DNA from: Octopus sinensis
Taxonomy: Eukaryota
Length of the DNA stretch: 64,000 nucleotides
NCBI RefSeq assembly: GCF_006345805.1
Contig: NC_043004.1
Span: 7,440,001-7,504,000 of the forward strand
Direction: 5' to 3'
Part shown: in pieces, positions 11,437 through 23,843 of the stretch
Layout of the letters: every line of letters begins with the position of its first letter
How positions within the stretch are numbered: position 1 is the first letter of the stretch
The notes under the pieces: generated by a model
What the model was told of the DNA's origin: nothing
The model's database searches: none
The model's input: the letters and a program-made list of their open reading frames with translations, nothing else
Translations under genes and position numbers: made by a program

Positions 11437-11735
11437 TGTGGTCTGCTCAGCTGGAACTGAGTGTGGCCTGCTCAGCTGGAACTGAGTGTGGCCTGCTCAG
11501 CTGGAACTGAGTGTGGCCTGCTCAGCTGGAACTGAGTGTGGCCTGCTCAGCTGGAACTGAGTGTGGTCTGCTCAGCTGGAACTGAGTGTGGCCTGCTCAG
11601 CTGGAGCTGAGCATGGCCTGCTCAGCTGGCGGTGAGCGTGGATTGCTTGGCTGGCACTGAGCGTGGATTGCTCTGCTGGTGCTGAGTGTGGCCTGCCCAG
11701 CGCCAAATGTGACCTGCTCAGCTGGCACTCAGCTT
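11437..11735. repeat. 25-bp GC-rich minisatellite (tgtggcctgctcagctggaactgag)n
   Basis: Six to seven near-perfect units from 11437, then degenerate units to about 11735. No spacers. Confidence 0.9.
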
Positions 11736-12129
11736 TGGAGTGCAAGCAGCTTGCCATTATTTTATTCAAATCAATCACAGTGGTCATGAGGTGGAGATTA
11801 TTAGTAATATCTGCCTCTGCTTTAATACGGGATCAGTGTGTGTGTGTATAAGATTAACCTAATTCTACACTCTTCCACTCTTAAGCATTGTGTACACACA
11901 CACACACACACTCGCTTTCAGGCTGACATAAATAAGCTCTGTAAAATTATAATTAAGTGCAGGCAACTGTACTTGAGATGGTAAACCAAAAATGTATTTT
12001 AATTAATTGAAATTATAACCTTAATGAAAGAAAACAAAATCATACTAGTTTTGACAAGAATTTATTCTTAAGCAAGAGACAGAATTCTTAATCACCCAAA
12101 AATCAAATCAATATAAGCAAGGAGTAATG

Positions 12130-12487
12130 CAGTTAGCTGGCAGAAACATTAGCATGCTGGGCGAAATGCTAAGTGGTATTTCGTTTGTCTTTGTTTTGAG
12201 TTAAAATTCTGCCGAGGTCGACTTTGCCTTTCATCCTTTCGGGGTCAATAAATTAAGTACCAGTTGCGTGCTGGGGTCGATCTGATCGACTGGCCCCCTC
12301 CCAAAAAATTTCAGGCCTTGTGCTTAGAGTAGAAAAGAATATTTCTGCTCAGCTGAAGGTGGCGAACTGGCAGAAACGTTAGCATGCCGGGCAAAATGCT
12401 TTGTAGTATTTCGCCCGCCACTGCGTTCTGAGTTCAAATTCTGCCGAGGTTGACTTTGCCTTTCATCCTTTCGGAGTTGATAAATAA
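12130..12487 (+). mobile_element. Two adjacent SINE family A copies (12130-12341 and 12358-12487)
   Basis: Both carry the ctggcagaaac(a/g)ttagcatg head and gcctttcatcctttcgg. Confidence 0.8.
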
Positions 12488-13064
12488 AGGAGTGGGGATG
12501 GGGGGATAGCGAGTTTGGTCTTTGGCAGCCATGGTGACAACTGAGGACCTCTTTTAATCTTAATGTGAACCTCCTCAACAAAGAATTGTCTATTTGATGG
12601 ATGCCAACATCTCAGAATCTGTAATAGAATTTTTTTATTTATTTTTGTATGTGTGTGTGTTAAAAACGCTGAATGCTTAAGCTAACTAAAATAATGACAG
12701 TGAAGAACTTCCTAAGGCTGCTGTCTGCAAAAAGAGGAGCCGGTTACCATTCTGAAAGTTATAAATTGAAAATAAAATAGGAGCGAAATTTAAAACCTAA
12801 CAAGAAAAGAAACAGAACTCAATAAAATTGATGCAGATTTCTTCTCAGAAAACTCGTTTCAAACAGTGTTTCCATTTGTTTTCTAATTTGCTTTCTGAAA
12901 TGTTTCTCTACACTTCCGAACACTGTCGAACAAGTCAGTCAGAAACCATACAAAAAAATGGAATTTATGGTGAAACCTATTTTCTCTCATATACAGTTGT
13001 ATAGCTGTATCTATTTATATTTATCAGCTTGCCTGTCTGTTTGCCTTTCTCTCCTTCTCTCTCT

Positions 13065-13141
<77 letters not shown>

Positions 13142-13589
13142 TATATATATATATGTGCTCTACATGATATCTCACTGGGACATATTAGTAATTATGGAAT
13201 TAGGCTAAGTGTTTATTTTAGATGTATTTCTCTTTTCTTCAGTACAGGTTTCGGATAGTAACATTTTTTTTCTTTCTTATTTCCATTTTATTACATTCTT
13301 TATGTGCACATTTTTTATAAATATTTCTTTTTTATTTACACCTCTACAAACTCCCACCTACAATAATGAATTTCAAATAAGCTCAATGAATTAATTTGTG
13401 TATTTTACAGATGAGTGCACTTCGTAACATTGACTAGTCGTCTGTAAAATGCAATTTGTATAAATGTTCTTCAGCCAAATTAACTTACCTAAGTTCAAAG
13501 ACGTGTGTTCTTTCTACACCCTAAAGGCAATGTGCTACCACAATGTTGAGACTTTCAACGTGAAATTTTTAGAATATATTCGTGTTTAC

Positions 13590-13953
13590 CCTTTTATTTG
13601 TTTCAGTCATTTGACTGTGGCCATGCTAGAGCACTACCTTTAGTCAAGCTAATTAACCCCAGAATTTATTCTTTGTAAGCTTAGTACTTATTCTATCGGT
13701 TTCTTTTTCCTGAACCGTTAAGTTACAGGGATGTAAACACACCAGCATCGGTTGTCAAGCAATGTTGGGGGGACAAACACAGATACACAAACATATACAC
13801 ACACATACACACACACACACACACATATCACTGGCTTCTTTCAGTTTTTGTCTACCAAATCCACTCAAAAGGCTTTGGTCAGCCTGAGGCTATAGTAGAT
13901 AGAAGACACTTGCCCAAGGCGGCATGCAGTGGGACTGAACCTGGAACCATGTG
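13590..13953 (-). mobile_element. SINE family B
   Basis: Colinear with 3333-3710. Confidence 0.8.
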
Positions 13954-14329
13954 TGTTTAGGAATAATTTTGTTATTTATTTATTTGCTTTACTTTCAAGT
14001 TAGTCTTTGGTATTTTGACCTATTTTCATCTTATTCTTTCAATTAAGTCTCATGATTTCAAAATCTGTTTTACCATTCTTGTGTCTCTGGAGTAACTAAC
14101 TCATAGGTCTTGCTGACATTTTATTGTGTATTTCTATAATAGTACGCTTAATTTTGAATTTCGTCAGTACATTTAGCTGTCTTGAATTGGTACAAGCTAT
14201 CCTAGAAAACTTACACGAGACTGGCATCTAGAGAAGATTTACTTATCATTGTGCCATGAAACTGGAGCTAAGGCACCAGCTTTTAAAAATTTGTAGAGGA
14301 TGTTTACCATTTCATAACTGTGCATCTAC

Positions 14330-14401
14330 TTTGATTCTCAGAATTGGTTCTTTAAGAATAATCTTTGATTCTCAGAATTGATTCTTTAAGAATAATCTTT
14401 T
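14330..14401. repeat. 34-bp tandem duplication
   Basis: ctttgattctcagaattg(g/a)ttctttaagaataat occurs twice. Confidence 0.85.
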
Positions 14402-14677
14402 GATGTATTTACATTTTTTTCAGTTATAGTTTCTAGTATTTTTTTTTGTTTCTTTGTTTGGTTTCAATTCTTTTTTTGATTTCTTATTTTATTTATTTCT
14501 TTGATGATACTGTTATACAAGCATTGTCATTCCTTTCCAATATTCCTCAGGAACATGTCTAACCATAGCAGAAGTTTGAAGTTTTCATGTCTTAATTCAC
14601 TGTTTGTAATCATACAATGAATTGTATAACTCATTTTCACATTTATAAATTAGAATCTCTCTCTCTCCTTCTCTCTC

Positions 14678-14720
<43 letters not shown>

Positions 14721-14855
14721 GCTATTTTCATATGAGTTAGAACTTTTGAAACTACAAGAACATTCGTGAATGTTTCCAGTTCTATATTTAACAGATGAGG
14801 AATTATGTACATTATTTACATTTGAAGGATATTTGTCCTCATCTTGTTTGTTGTT

Positions 14856-14901
14856 AACACAACGTTTTGGCTGATATACCCTCCAGCCATCATCAGGTGC
14901 C
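14856..14901 (-). ncRNA. Minimal type-I hammerhead motif, GAAA changed to AAAA
   Basis: Minus strand: ggcac CTGATGA t ggctg-gagggtatat-cagcc AAAA cgtt gtgtt. Confidence 0.55.
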
Positions 14902-14956
14902 TTGGGGTAATTTCGAACCTGGGTTCTCAGTATTTGTTCTCGATGTTGTTATTATT

Positions 14957-15200
14957 GATAGTATGTTGACAACTTAATGTGACAGTCCCATGAAAGGGAA
15001 GAATGCTACTGTTATTTAGCCCCAGGAAACACCGTTTCCTGTTGGACTTGACACATTTCCTGTGTCTTTATGTTTTCAAAGTGGAGACAAGCACCTCCAC
15101 CCAGCAAAGCTAGCATCCAGAGACTGTCACATTAAGTTGACAACATACTATCACTTTATCGTGCTGCTACTGCATAAATCTCTCTAAGAGATTTAGAAAT
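14957..15200. mobile_element. Nested insertion with a 31-bp inverted repeat, a 3' hairpin and a 14-bp TSD
   Basis: IR gatagtatgttgacaacttaatgtgacagtc (14957-14987) / 15122-15152 with one mismatch. Hairpin taaatctct-cta-agagattta. atgttgttattatt is duplicated at 14943-14956 and 15201-15214. Confidence 0.65.
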
Positions 15201-15355
15201 ATGTTGTTATTATTCAGGTCACTGCTTAGAATCGAACTCGGAATCTTGGGGTAAGTAGCCTGCACTCTTACTCACTATGGTATATGCCTGTTGGCATCGT
15301 GGTTAAGAGCGTGGGCTAATAACCCCAAGATTCCGAGTTCGATTCCAGGCAGTAA

Positions 15356-15391
<36 letters not shown>

Positions 15392-15443
15392 CAACATTGA
15401 AAAATACCTTAGGAATGAGAACCCAGGTTCGAAATTTCCCCAA

Positions 15444-15489
15444 GACACCTGATGAAGGCTGGATAGTATATCAGCCGAAATGTTGTGTT
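15444..15489 (+). ncRNA. Minimal type-I hammerhead ribozyme motif (best-preserved copy)
   Basis: gacac CTGATGA a ggctg-gatagtatat-cagcc GAAA tgtt gtgtt. Helix I gacac/gtgtt, helix II ggctg/cagcc, intact CUGAUGA and GAAA, predicted GUU triplet. Sister arms show ACGT at helix III, here ATGT. Confidence 0.65.
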
Positions 15490-17061
15490 AACAACAAACA
15501 AAATGAGGACAAATATCCGTCCAATGTAAATAAGTTCCCAGTGTTGTCTACAGTTGGAAACTGTTCCTGCCTTGTAGTACCTGTTTATAATTATTAGGAT
15601 CACGTTAGTTAAAATGGCTTGGTAATTAACCCAACCTTGTGTTGTTAACAAGAGGCAAATTGCTCATCTCATCACTTGATGTCTGCTTCCCAGTTAAGCT
15701 GAGCATTGGACATTGCTTTGAAATGCAACAAGGACGCTGCAAGAAATGCTGCCTTTTTTTTTTTCTCATTTGAAGTTTATTTCAGTTCCATAGACTAATA
15801 TGTTGTCCTCTAGTTGAGCTAATTCAAGATATTCCTCCTGTGAGTTTTGCCAGAAAGGATTTGGGTCTCGCAGATCTTAAATAGACAGTGAATGTCAATG
15901 AGAGAGCCTCTAAATAGCTGGGTGATTTGCTAGAAACAGCAGACAAATCCGATACCTATCATTTTAAAGGAAAACGTTGGATAATGTATGGTTGTGGCTG
16001 AAATGGCTTTGGCCACAAGTCTGCTCAATCAAGAATGATTTGACACTAAACAACAACAGTAACAACAATGAAAAGCAAAACCAAGGTTTTTGATTTTTCC
16101 TTTTAAAGATTGTAAATAAAATAAAAAGTTATATATATTAATCGTCATCATCTTCATCATCATAGGGTTGTTTTACATACTGGCATGTGCTGGACAGTTT
16201 GACAGGATCTGGTAAGGGTGGGGCTGCAACAGGCCCCATTGTCTTCTCTGGTTTGGTTTCTACAGCTAGATCTGTGTGTGTGGGGGGCTTCTGCTTGAAA
16301 TTATAATAATTATGGTGGTGGTGTTGGTGTGGGAACTATGAATGGATTCTCTTTACTACTTTGGAGAAATGTATCAATAGATACTTTTTTTTTTTACTTG
16401 GAATATTTAATACTTTCATTTCCTGTTGCTGTGGAAAAGACCTAAACTTTATTGTTTCGTGACAAGTGTAGGGAGTGGTGTCTATTTATGATATTGTATC
16501 AAATTTGTTGATCTTGTTTGTCAGGAAGGAACATTAATGTCAACCTGCATTAAATTATCTTCAGATACTGCCATCCTGTCTGAGAAAGAAAAAAACAAAA
16601 ATTCAGTGAGGATGTAGCCCAAAGTGCTCTTTATCCACCAACAAAAGAAAACAGCCTGAAGAATGATCTGTTGTTATAATTTAATAATAAACCATTACTA
16701 TTTTAGCTGTTGTACTTACAATATTGCAATGATTCTGTGTCTACAGTGATAGTCACTTTTTCCTCCATCCCCTATGATAGCAGGTGCTATCAAAAATATT
16801 AATCCCTAATCCATCTCATCAACATACACCACTTTAAGTCAACGAGGGAGCTTCCATATATTTACTCAGCCTGCTAGAAATAGCTGCCAATCGTCTTACT
16901 TATTGTGTTCTAACATCTTCTCTAAGGACAAGTTGCATTAAATACATGTAAATCGGGTTGTAGGAATATATATGATGATCATGTGTGGTTGATCAGGGTT
17001 GACCTATGGCTAAACAGCGACATACAAGGCTTCAGTCAAGTCACTGAGAGACCTTCTATGC

Positions 17062-17277
17062 CAGGGGTGGGCAAACTTTTTTGATCGCGGGCCGCACAGT
17101 GCGTCTTTGGAATCTTGGCGGGCCTCATTTATAAAAATCAAGTGAAAATATTGTGAATTACCATACAGTTACGAAGTATCTGCATAGAAGTTGGGATTCA
17201 TAAAAGCTCTCGGCGGGCCGCATGAAAACCTATGGCGGGCCGCATGCGGCCCACGGGCCGTAGTTTGCCCACCCCTG
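17062..17277. mobile_element. hAT (Charlie-like) MITE
   Basis: TIR caggggtgggcaaact / agtttgcccacccctg, perfect 8-bp TSD ttctatgc (17054-17061, 17278-17285), subterminal gcgggcc repeats. Confidence 0.92.
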
Positions 17278-17285
17278 TTCTATGC

Positions 17286-17470
17286 AGTCACTCAGCCTGC
17301 TAGAAATAGCAGCCAAACATTCCTCAATTTACACCTTACTGTCTTTAAAAAAGGATTCACTGAATAATGTGATACCTGAAAGAGAGAAAAGGGGGTGGGT
17401 GGTCGCAGCTGCACCAGTTTTCATTATAAGTCTGTTAAATCAGGTTTGCCTCGGGCTAAAAACAACATCA
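17286..17470 (+). mobile_element. Old short interspersed repeat family E (host of the hAT MITE)
   Basis: tcactcagcctgctagaaatagcagccaaa...gggctaaaaacaac. Related copies at about 15900-16060, 16845-17020 and 42060-42870. Confidence 0.55.
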
Positions 17471-17563
17471 CTGATTCAAATCATCATTAACCCAACAATG
17501 ATTGTAACCATTCTTTTAGGGATCATGAGTTCCTGCCCCATTTCAATTATGTTCTTAAGCAAG

Positions 17564-17838
17564 ATCATCATCATCATTGTTTCATGTCCGTTTTCCATGC
17601 TGGCATGGGTTGGACGGTTTGACTGAAGTCTGGAAAGCCAGCGGCTGCACCAGGCTCCAATCTGATCTGGCAAGGTTTCTACAGCTGGACGCCCATCCTA
17701 ATGCCAACCACTCCGAGAGTGCAGTGGGTGCTTTTTATGTGCCACTGGCACGGGAGTTAGTCAGGCGGACCTGGCATCGATCACATTCGGATAGCGCTTT
17801 TTACATGCCACCGGCACGGGAGCCAGTCAGGTGGCCCT
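17564..17838 (-). mobile_element. SINE family C
   Basis: Colinear with 6721-7280, two internal units. Confidence 0.8.
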
Positions 17839-18384
17839 ATTAGTCGCAGCCCTTAAACTTGAAATTGGGTTTTAAATACTTTTCCTGCCATAATGCTGCC
17901 TCAGAAGTAATTTTTTAAAAATACTAACAATTCCATGATAATAATCTCATGGCTTCTTTCATCAAAATTGCTCACCAATCGTTGTTCATCTTCCTATTCC
18001 TCCCCAATATCATCATCATCATCTTCATAATCTATTTTTATTTTCTGCTGGGACAAGTTTAACCTGTATTCCATAAGACATTCTTACTTGTGTTCACATT
18101 TTGTCATTTTTGGAAGAATGCTCTCGAAATAGAGGAACAGAAAGGTTTCTGGAAAGCTGGGAATTAAAAAGTTATGTCATGAGACTGCATATACTGGATA
18201 TTTTCTATTGAGTAGAAATCAAATTTATATGAAGAATTTTTTGCATTTGACAGTTCTAGAAATTTGGGAATAGTTCTTGTATGGAATTGTTACCTTTGTC
18301 CTGTCTCTCTGTCCTATTTCACTATTGTGAGATTTCAAGATTTCTAGGGTGTTCTTCACCTAATTTTTGTACTAATTTTCTTTT

Positions 18385-18747
18385 ATTCTTTTACTTGTTT
18401 CAATCATTTGACTGCAGCCATGCTGGAGCACCGCCTTTAGTCAAGCAAATCAACCCCAGGACTTATTCTTTGTAAGCTTAGTACTTATTCTATCAGTCTC
18501 TTTTGCCGAACTGCTATCAGTTGTCAAGCGATGTTGGAGGCACAAGCACAGACACACAAACACACACACATACACACACATATATATGACAGGTGTCTTT
18601 CAGTTTCCGTCTACCAAATCCACTCACAAGGCTTTGGTCGGCCCGACACTGAGGCTATAGTAGAAGACACTTGCCCAAGGTGCCATGCAGTGGGACTGAA
18701 CCAGGAACCATGTGGTTGGTAAGCAAGCTACTTACTACACAGCCACT
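18385..18747 (-). mobile_element. SINE family B
   Basis: Colinear with 3333-3710. Confidence 0.8.
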
Positions 18748-19467
18748 TTTTAAAGTTTTTTCACTGTGTAATGAGTTCAAACTCCTGCTGAGCTAATAAA
18801 ATATCAGCAAAGTTCTGGGACCAATGACAGAATTGTTAAGGCGGCAAATAAAATTGCAAAGTAGCATTTCTTTCAGCTCTTTACATTCTGAATTCAAAAA
18901 TTTGTCAGGTTCCATCAGTGAGAACATAACCATCATTTAAAGAACATCATTTCTGTACGAATTGGTCTCTCATTTCATAATTGGATCTTTGGAACCAGTT
19001 GAGCCTTTGAGTTTCCCTTGTATTCTAGAACTGTCTTCACTGATCCTTTGATTCTAATACTGTGGTATGATGCAATTTGTTCTGTTATTTTTCTTCACTC
19101 CCCATTTTTTATTAAAAAAAATCTTTTTCTGTTATTCTAATTAACAAATTTCTTACATATGTAACTTAACCAACATCCATTTCGTATCCATTTTCACTCA
19201 CATTTATGGTTTGATCTTCGCCACTCCAACTTCTGACCTCCTTTTTGTCCTTTATTTCTAATTTATTTTTAATCTATGACATGTGTATAGTTCACTTTGA
19301 TAAATCTTATCAATAATTAATTAATTAAAGGATATCTAATTGCATTGTTTTAGGATCAATCAATGAAATGAATAGAAGAATCATTTAAGGCATGCGAGAT
19401 TTTTATATCAATTTTTTTGTTTTGCTGCTGGAAAAATGTTTCAATATTTTTTGTGTTTGAATGAAAG

Positions 19468-19795
19468 AATGGGCTGTGTGATAAGAAGCTTGCATCGCAA
19501 CCACATTGTTCTGGGTTCAATTCCACTGCATGGTACTATGGGCAAGTGTCTTCTACTACAGCCTCGGACCAACCAAAGCTTTGTGAGTGGAGTTGGTAGG
19601 CAGAAACTAAAAGAAGCCTTTCGTGTATGCCTGTTTATTCCCCCCACCCTGTTTCCATCCCCATAGATTAGCAGTTCAGCTAAAACCCATAGAATAAGTA
19701 CCAGGCTTAAAAAAAGTCCTGGAGTCAATTCATTCAATTAAAAATTCCTCAGAGCGGTGCCCCAGCATGGCCACAGTCTACTGACCAAAACAAAA
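19468..19795 (+). mobile_element. SINE family B, diverged
   Basis: ggctgtgtgataagaagc...gggcaagtgtcttctacta...ccccagcatggccacagtc. Confidence 0.7.
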
Positions 19796-20436
19796 CCTAC
19801 AAGATAATGATAGAAATATTAAAAGTAGTAATCATATTACTTAGTAAATATGTGGTGTTTCTCAGATGACCTAATTTCTTTCTGTTTATCCCATTTAACG
19901 AGCATTGTGGGTTTCTTTCATTTAGGTTTCTATTATAACCTGATCATCGTACCTGTTGTAACTTCTGCAACATCCTATCCTAGTCTTAGAATTGGATTTA
20001 TTAAGTCGTTTATTTATAGACTTGGAGCTGAAGAGTTGTTGGTTGCTGTGATATCAGTCACAGTTGTCTCTCGTAAAAACTCTTCAACTCCCAATGGCCT
20101 ACAGGCCACCTTGCTGTACCACTGAATGGTACACAGCTATGCTGCTTGTCAGCTGCAAAGTAAAATGAACCACCATATCTGCTGGTTGTGCTCAGCTCAT
20201 CGCTTGCTGCAAACGAGTGTGCATGCATACAGACACACACTCTTTCTCTCTCTTTCTCACACACACACGCACACATAAATAGAACAACAGAAATGGTATC
20301 AATGTGAAAAGGGGAAATATTCACCCCTAACGCAACATCCCTTTTTTAAGTGCTAAACATTTTACCCTATGGTATTGATACTGCTTCTGGCCCTCAATCT
20401 ATTTTTTTAATAAACCCGCTGGCTTTTAGTGACATA

Positions 20437-20651
20437 TACGAGGGTAAATGTCTGGCTTTAAGGTTATCATGAAAGGCCTGGTTGGAGGCCCAACCTTCTG
20501 AGTTCTTTTACAGGGCTTTGAAAAACTAAAAGGACTGCTACAATAAGTGTGTGAATCTGAGAGGAGGAATATGTTGAATAAAAACATGATTAACTGATTC
20601 TGCTGTATTTTCTTTTACCCAAAGCCGGGAACTCTTCAGCACCCTCTCATA
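20437..20651 (+). mobile_element. Internally deleted mariner derivative (MITE-like)
   Basis: TA-cgaggg...ccctctca-TA ends. The interior resembles the mariner C-terminus (FF..ALKKL..CYNKCVNLRG..YVE). Confidence 0.55.
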
Positions 20652-20667
20652 TACATAGCCATCTTTA

Positions 20668-20986
20668 TCTTTTACTTGTTTCAATCATTGGACAGCAGCC
20701 ATGCTGGAGCACTAAGCGTGGTACTTATTCTATTGGTCTCGTATTTGATGAACTACTAAGTTATGGGGACGTAAACAAACTAACACTGGCTTTTTGAGTG
20801 GACACACACACACGTGTGTGTGTGTGATGAGCTTCTTTCAGTTTCCATCTATTAAATTCACTCGTAAGGTTTTGGCCAACCTAGGGCTATAGTAGAAGAC
20901 ATTTGTCCAAGTGCCACAGAGTGAGATTGAACCTGGGACCATGTGCTCGAGAAGTAAACTTCTTGCCACACAGCCACCCCTATACC
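20668..20986 (-). mobile_element. SINE family B, diverged
   Basis: Colinear with 3333-3710. Confidence 0.75.
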
Positions 20987-22946
20987 TGACCATGCCAGTG
21001 CCTCCATCTGGGTATTATGCTTAAAGCAAACACATTGCGAAATAGTTTTGTGTATTTAAACACAAATATATTCCATAAAGGTATTATTTCTGGATGAATA
21101 CCCCCATTAATTTGCCTTTTTGCCAGATCTTTGCACCACCACCACCACCACCATCATTATTGTGGTTGATATTGCAGTCATATAACTAAAAGTTATATTT
21201 GTTTTGACCAAATATTTATTCCAGTAAGAAACTATTATTATTATTATTAAGCTTTATTCACCAAACAAAGATTTCAATAGAATTATTTATGCACTCAAAT
21301 CAACTTCCACTGCACCCAAAATACAACACTTGTGTCTTTATTGACTGACAATTATATATTCTCTGCAGAAACCATTCAATGGGAACTTAATGAAGCTTTC
21401 TGTATTTCACAACAATCAGAAATGTTGATTTGAACATTATTGGAAGCACTGCATAATATTGGTTTTGGAATATTTATTTGAATGGGTGTTTGGGGTCTAA
21501 TGAGCCATACATCTTTTGTATGGCTAAAGCTTGGTTTTGTTTTTAAGTTGATCTATTCCAAATTTGTAAAGATTTTTTTTTTCTATAGGAGCCAAACATG
21601 GTTGTAGATGTAGAGTTAAGGATGCAATTCTTAGAATGGGAAACTGCATGTTTTTTTTATTGCTGTTTTGGTAGGTTAACTCTGTGTTGAGAGGTTGGAA
21701 GCTTTAGGATGTCGGCAGCTGTCAGCTTCTAAATGTTGACAGTGGGAAGGACTTGGTGAATGTTTTAGGGGCCATATTTTACAGTAGAAAAAAAAGGATA
21801 CAATTTGATGATTGGTCAGCGGGTATATGGGATGTGGATGAGCATGAAGTTTCATAAGAGAAATCAGATTGTTTTTGAGTGAAGGCTAAGAGGTTAACAA
21901 TGATGGACATACGGAATTTAATAGGCTCTATTATTCTCTTTTAAGTCTGAAAGAAATAAAGATTTCTCACATGGACACAAGACCACTAATTTCTGGGAAA
22001 GGATATAATCAGCCTCAGTCACTTAACTGTTATTTATTTTATTTTCGGGGGGGGGGGATAAAAAGATAAAGACTACCCTACTGAGATTTGAACTTGGTAA
22101 TTATTTGTGACTACATTCTATCTTGTTTCAGGCTTGACCTTTAGAATTGTTTCATTCCCTTCTCCTCTATAGTTAATGTATATTTAGACCAGCATAGTAA
22201 GGATTGAGCAAATATTTCTGCAGGATACACTGACACACAGGTAAATGAATACACAACACAGACATTAAGCATGTGTGTATTCCTTATTCCCTTGTGATAA
22301 GCTAGAAGACAGGAAATAAGGGGCTGAGGTTTCTTAGCAACAATTATTGAAGCTTAATATCAAATAACTAGATTCATAAGGGTTTCTCATAGGATCACTT
22401 TTCTTTTCTGTTGCATTCAGTTGATGGGTTAGGGTTAGTGGTGGTGGTGGAGGAAGAAAAGAGTAGGGGTTCAATCCTCCAAGCATGAGATTTATGTATA
22501 TGTTATTTATACATACTTTCTGTGTATATATATATATCTATGTTGTCAGTAAGCATTTTCTCTCTTTAGAATCGTGAGCTGTTGTCTTGTTTACCATTTT
22601 TAATGTTCTTCTCATGACTAATATACTCCCGTTGGTAAACCTTTAAAGTAAGAATACTGCTTGGGATATGAAAATTCATCTAAAAAACAAAAAAAAAAAA
22701 AAAAAGAGGGAGAGCTAAGTTGAGGTTTATGTGGGATGGGGGCGAAGTGATGTTGCACCTTAACAAGGTATGTATTGAAAATCTTTGGTATAACACTTAG
22801 AATATCATCATAAGTTAAGTACATCTGTGTGTGCGATGGTAGAGGGCAAACCAAATGCATGATGCCGGTTCAAACCCGTTATGACTCCTTGAGTTGTGTT
22901 CCTCGTGTTTTGGAAATTTATGAACTTTCTAATCCCTTTAAATATT

Positions 22947-23163
22947 TTTTTCTACTTTAGGCATAAGGACTGAAATTTTGGGGGAGGTGGGGGGGGACTT
23001 GATTATAGTGACTTCAGTGCGTAACTGGTACTTAATTTATCAACCCCAAAAGGATGAAAGGCAAAGTCGACCTCGGCGGAATTTGAACTCAGAAAATAAA
23101 GACAGATGAAATACCGCTAAGCATTTCACCCGGCGTGCTAACGTGTCTGCCAGCTCGCTGCCT
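22947..23163 (-). mobile_element. SINE family A
   Basis: Full head on the minus strand. 17-bp TSD taatccctttaaatatt / taatccctttagatatt. Confidence 0.85.
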
Positions 23164-23612
23164 TAATCCCTTTAGATATTGAAGCCTTATTACTTGCACT
23201 AAAAATAAGTACAAACCTCTGTGTGTGTGTTTCACTCTCTCTTTCCATTCTCTCCTATATGACATAAAAATTTGTATGGAAATAAGATGTATTCTAGACT
23301 TACCTTTGTCAGCACAGCAAAGTGTGTGTGTGTGTGTGTGTGAAAGATTTCTGGCATGTTTTGTCTGGGTTGTAATTTTCCTTTATTCTTTCATTTACCC
23401 TTCACATTATTTCACCATTGATATTCTTCAACTGCACAAAACCTACATTCTTTGACATGTTTCCCAGGAATTAATGATCCACCCGTCCCATTCATAGCTG
23501 TCTGTCATAGTTAATGTACCCCCACCCATGCTACCATTTATGCCTCCTCTAATACATGCATACAACAGCTTCACTGTTATTACACACACTCGTATATTCT
23601 CATTTTCGGTTT

Positions 23613-23688
<76 letters not shown>

Positions 23689-23843
23689 GCATAAAGCTGT
23701 ATCTTGTTATTGTGGTGTACACTGACTTAGATTCTCTAAAATGCTCTTCAGTCATCATACATTAGTCATAGTGACAGATGTAAAAGAGAAAACCTGATGG
23801 GAGTCACTGTTTGGCTGCTTAACCTGTTAGACATAGAAATAAT

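Larger units (their letters stand above)
14777..15533. mobile_element. Palindromic tRNA-head/hammerhead element (Penelope-like-dependent SINE or retrozyme candidate), copy 1
   Basis: Long inverted arms around ~15290. Each arm is a tRNA-like head (gtggttaagagcg, ggg-ctaataa/ctactaa-ccc, gagttcgattcc), then (AAT)n, then a hammerhead motif. The left arm has a 35-nt extra tail and a nested insert. Confidence 0.75.

Noticed and set aside
11437-11735. CRISPR-like array
   Set aside because: Units are directly adjacent with no unique spacers, and the context is eukaryotic with no cas genes.
22426-22450. Telomere-like gggttagggttag (similar at ~1333, 25708, 38367, 61455)
   Set aside because: Only one or two units each, too short to call interstitial telomeric repeat.
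23443-23765. ORFs with poly-ER/SL/YI tracts (also 24881-25273, 39527-40306, 43102-43392)
   Set aside because: Translations of (CT)n, (TA)n and (TAG)n microsatellites.
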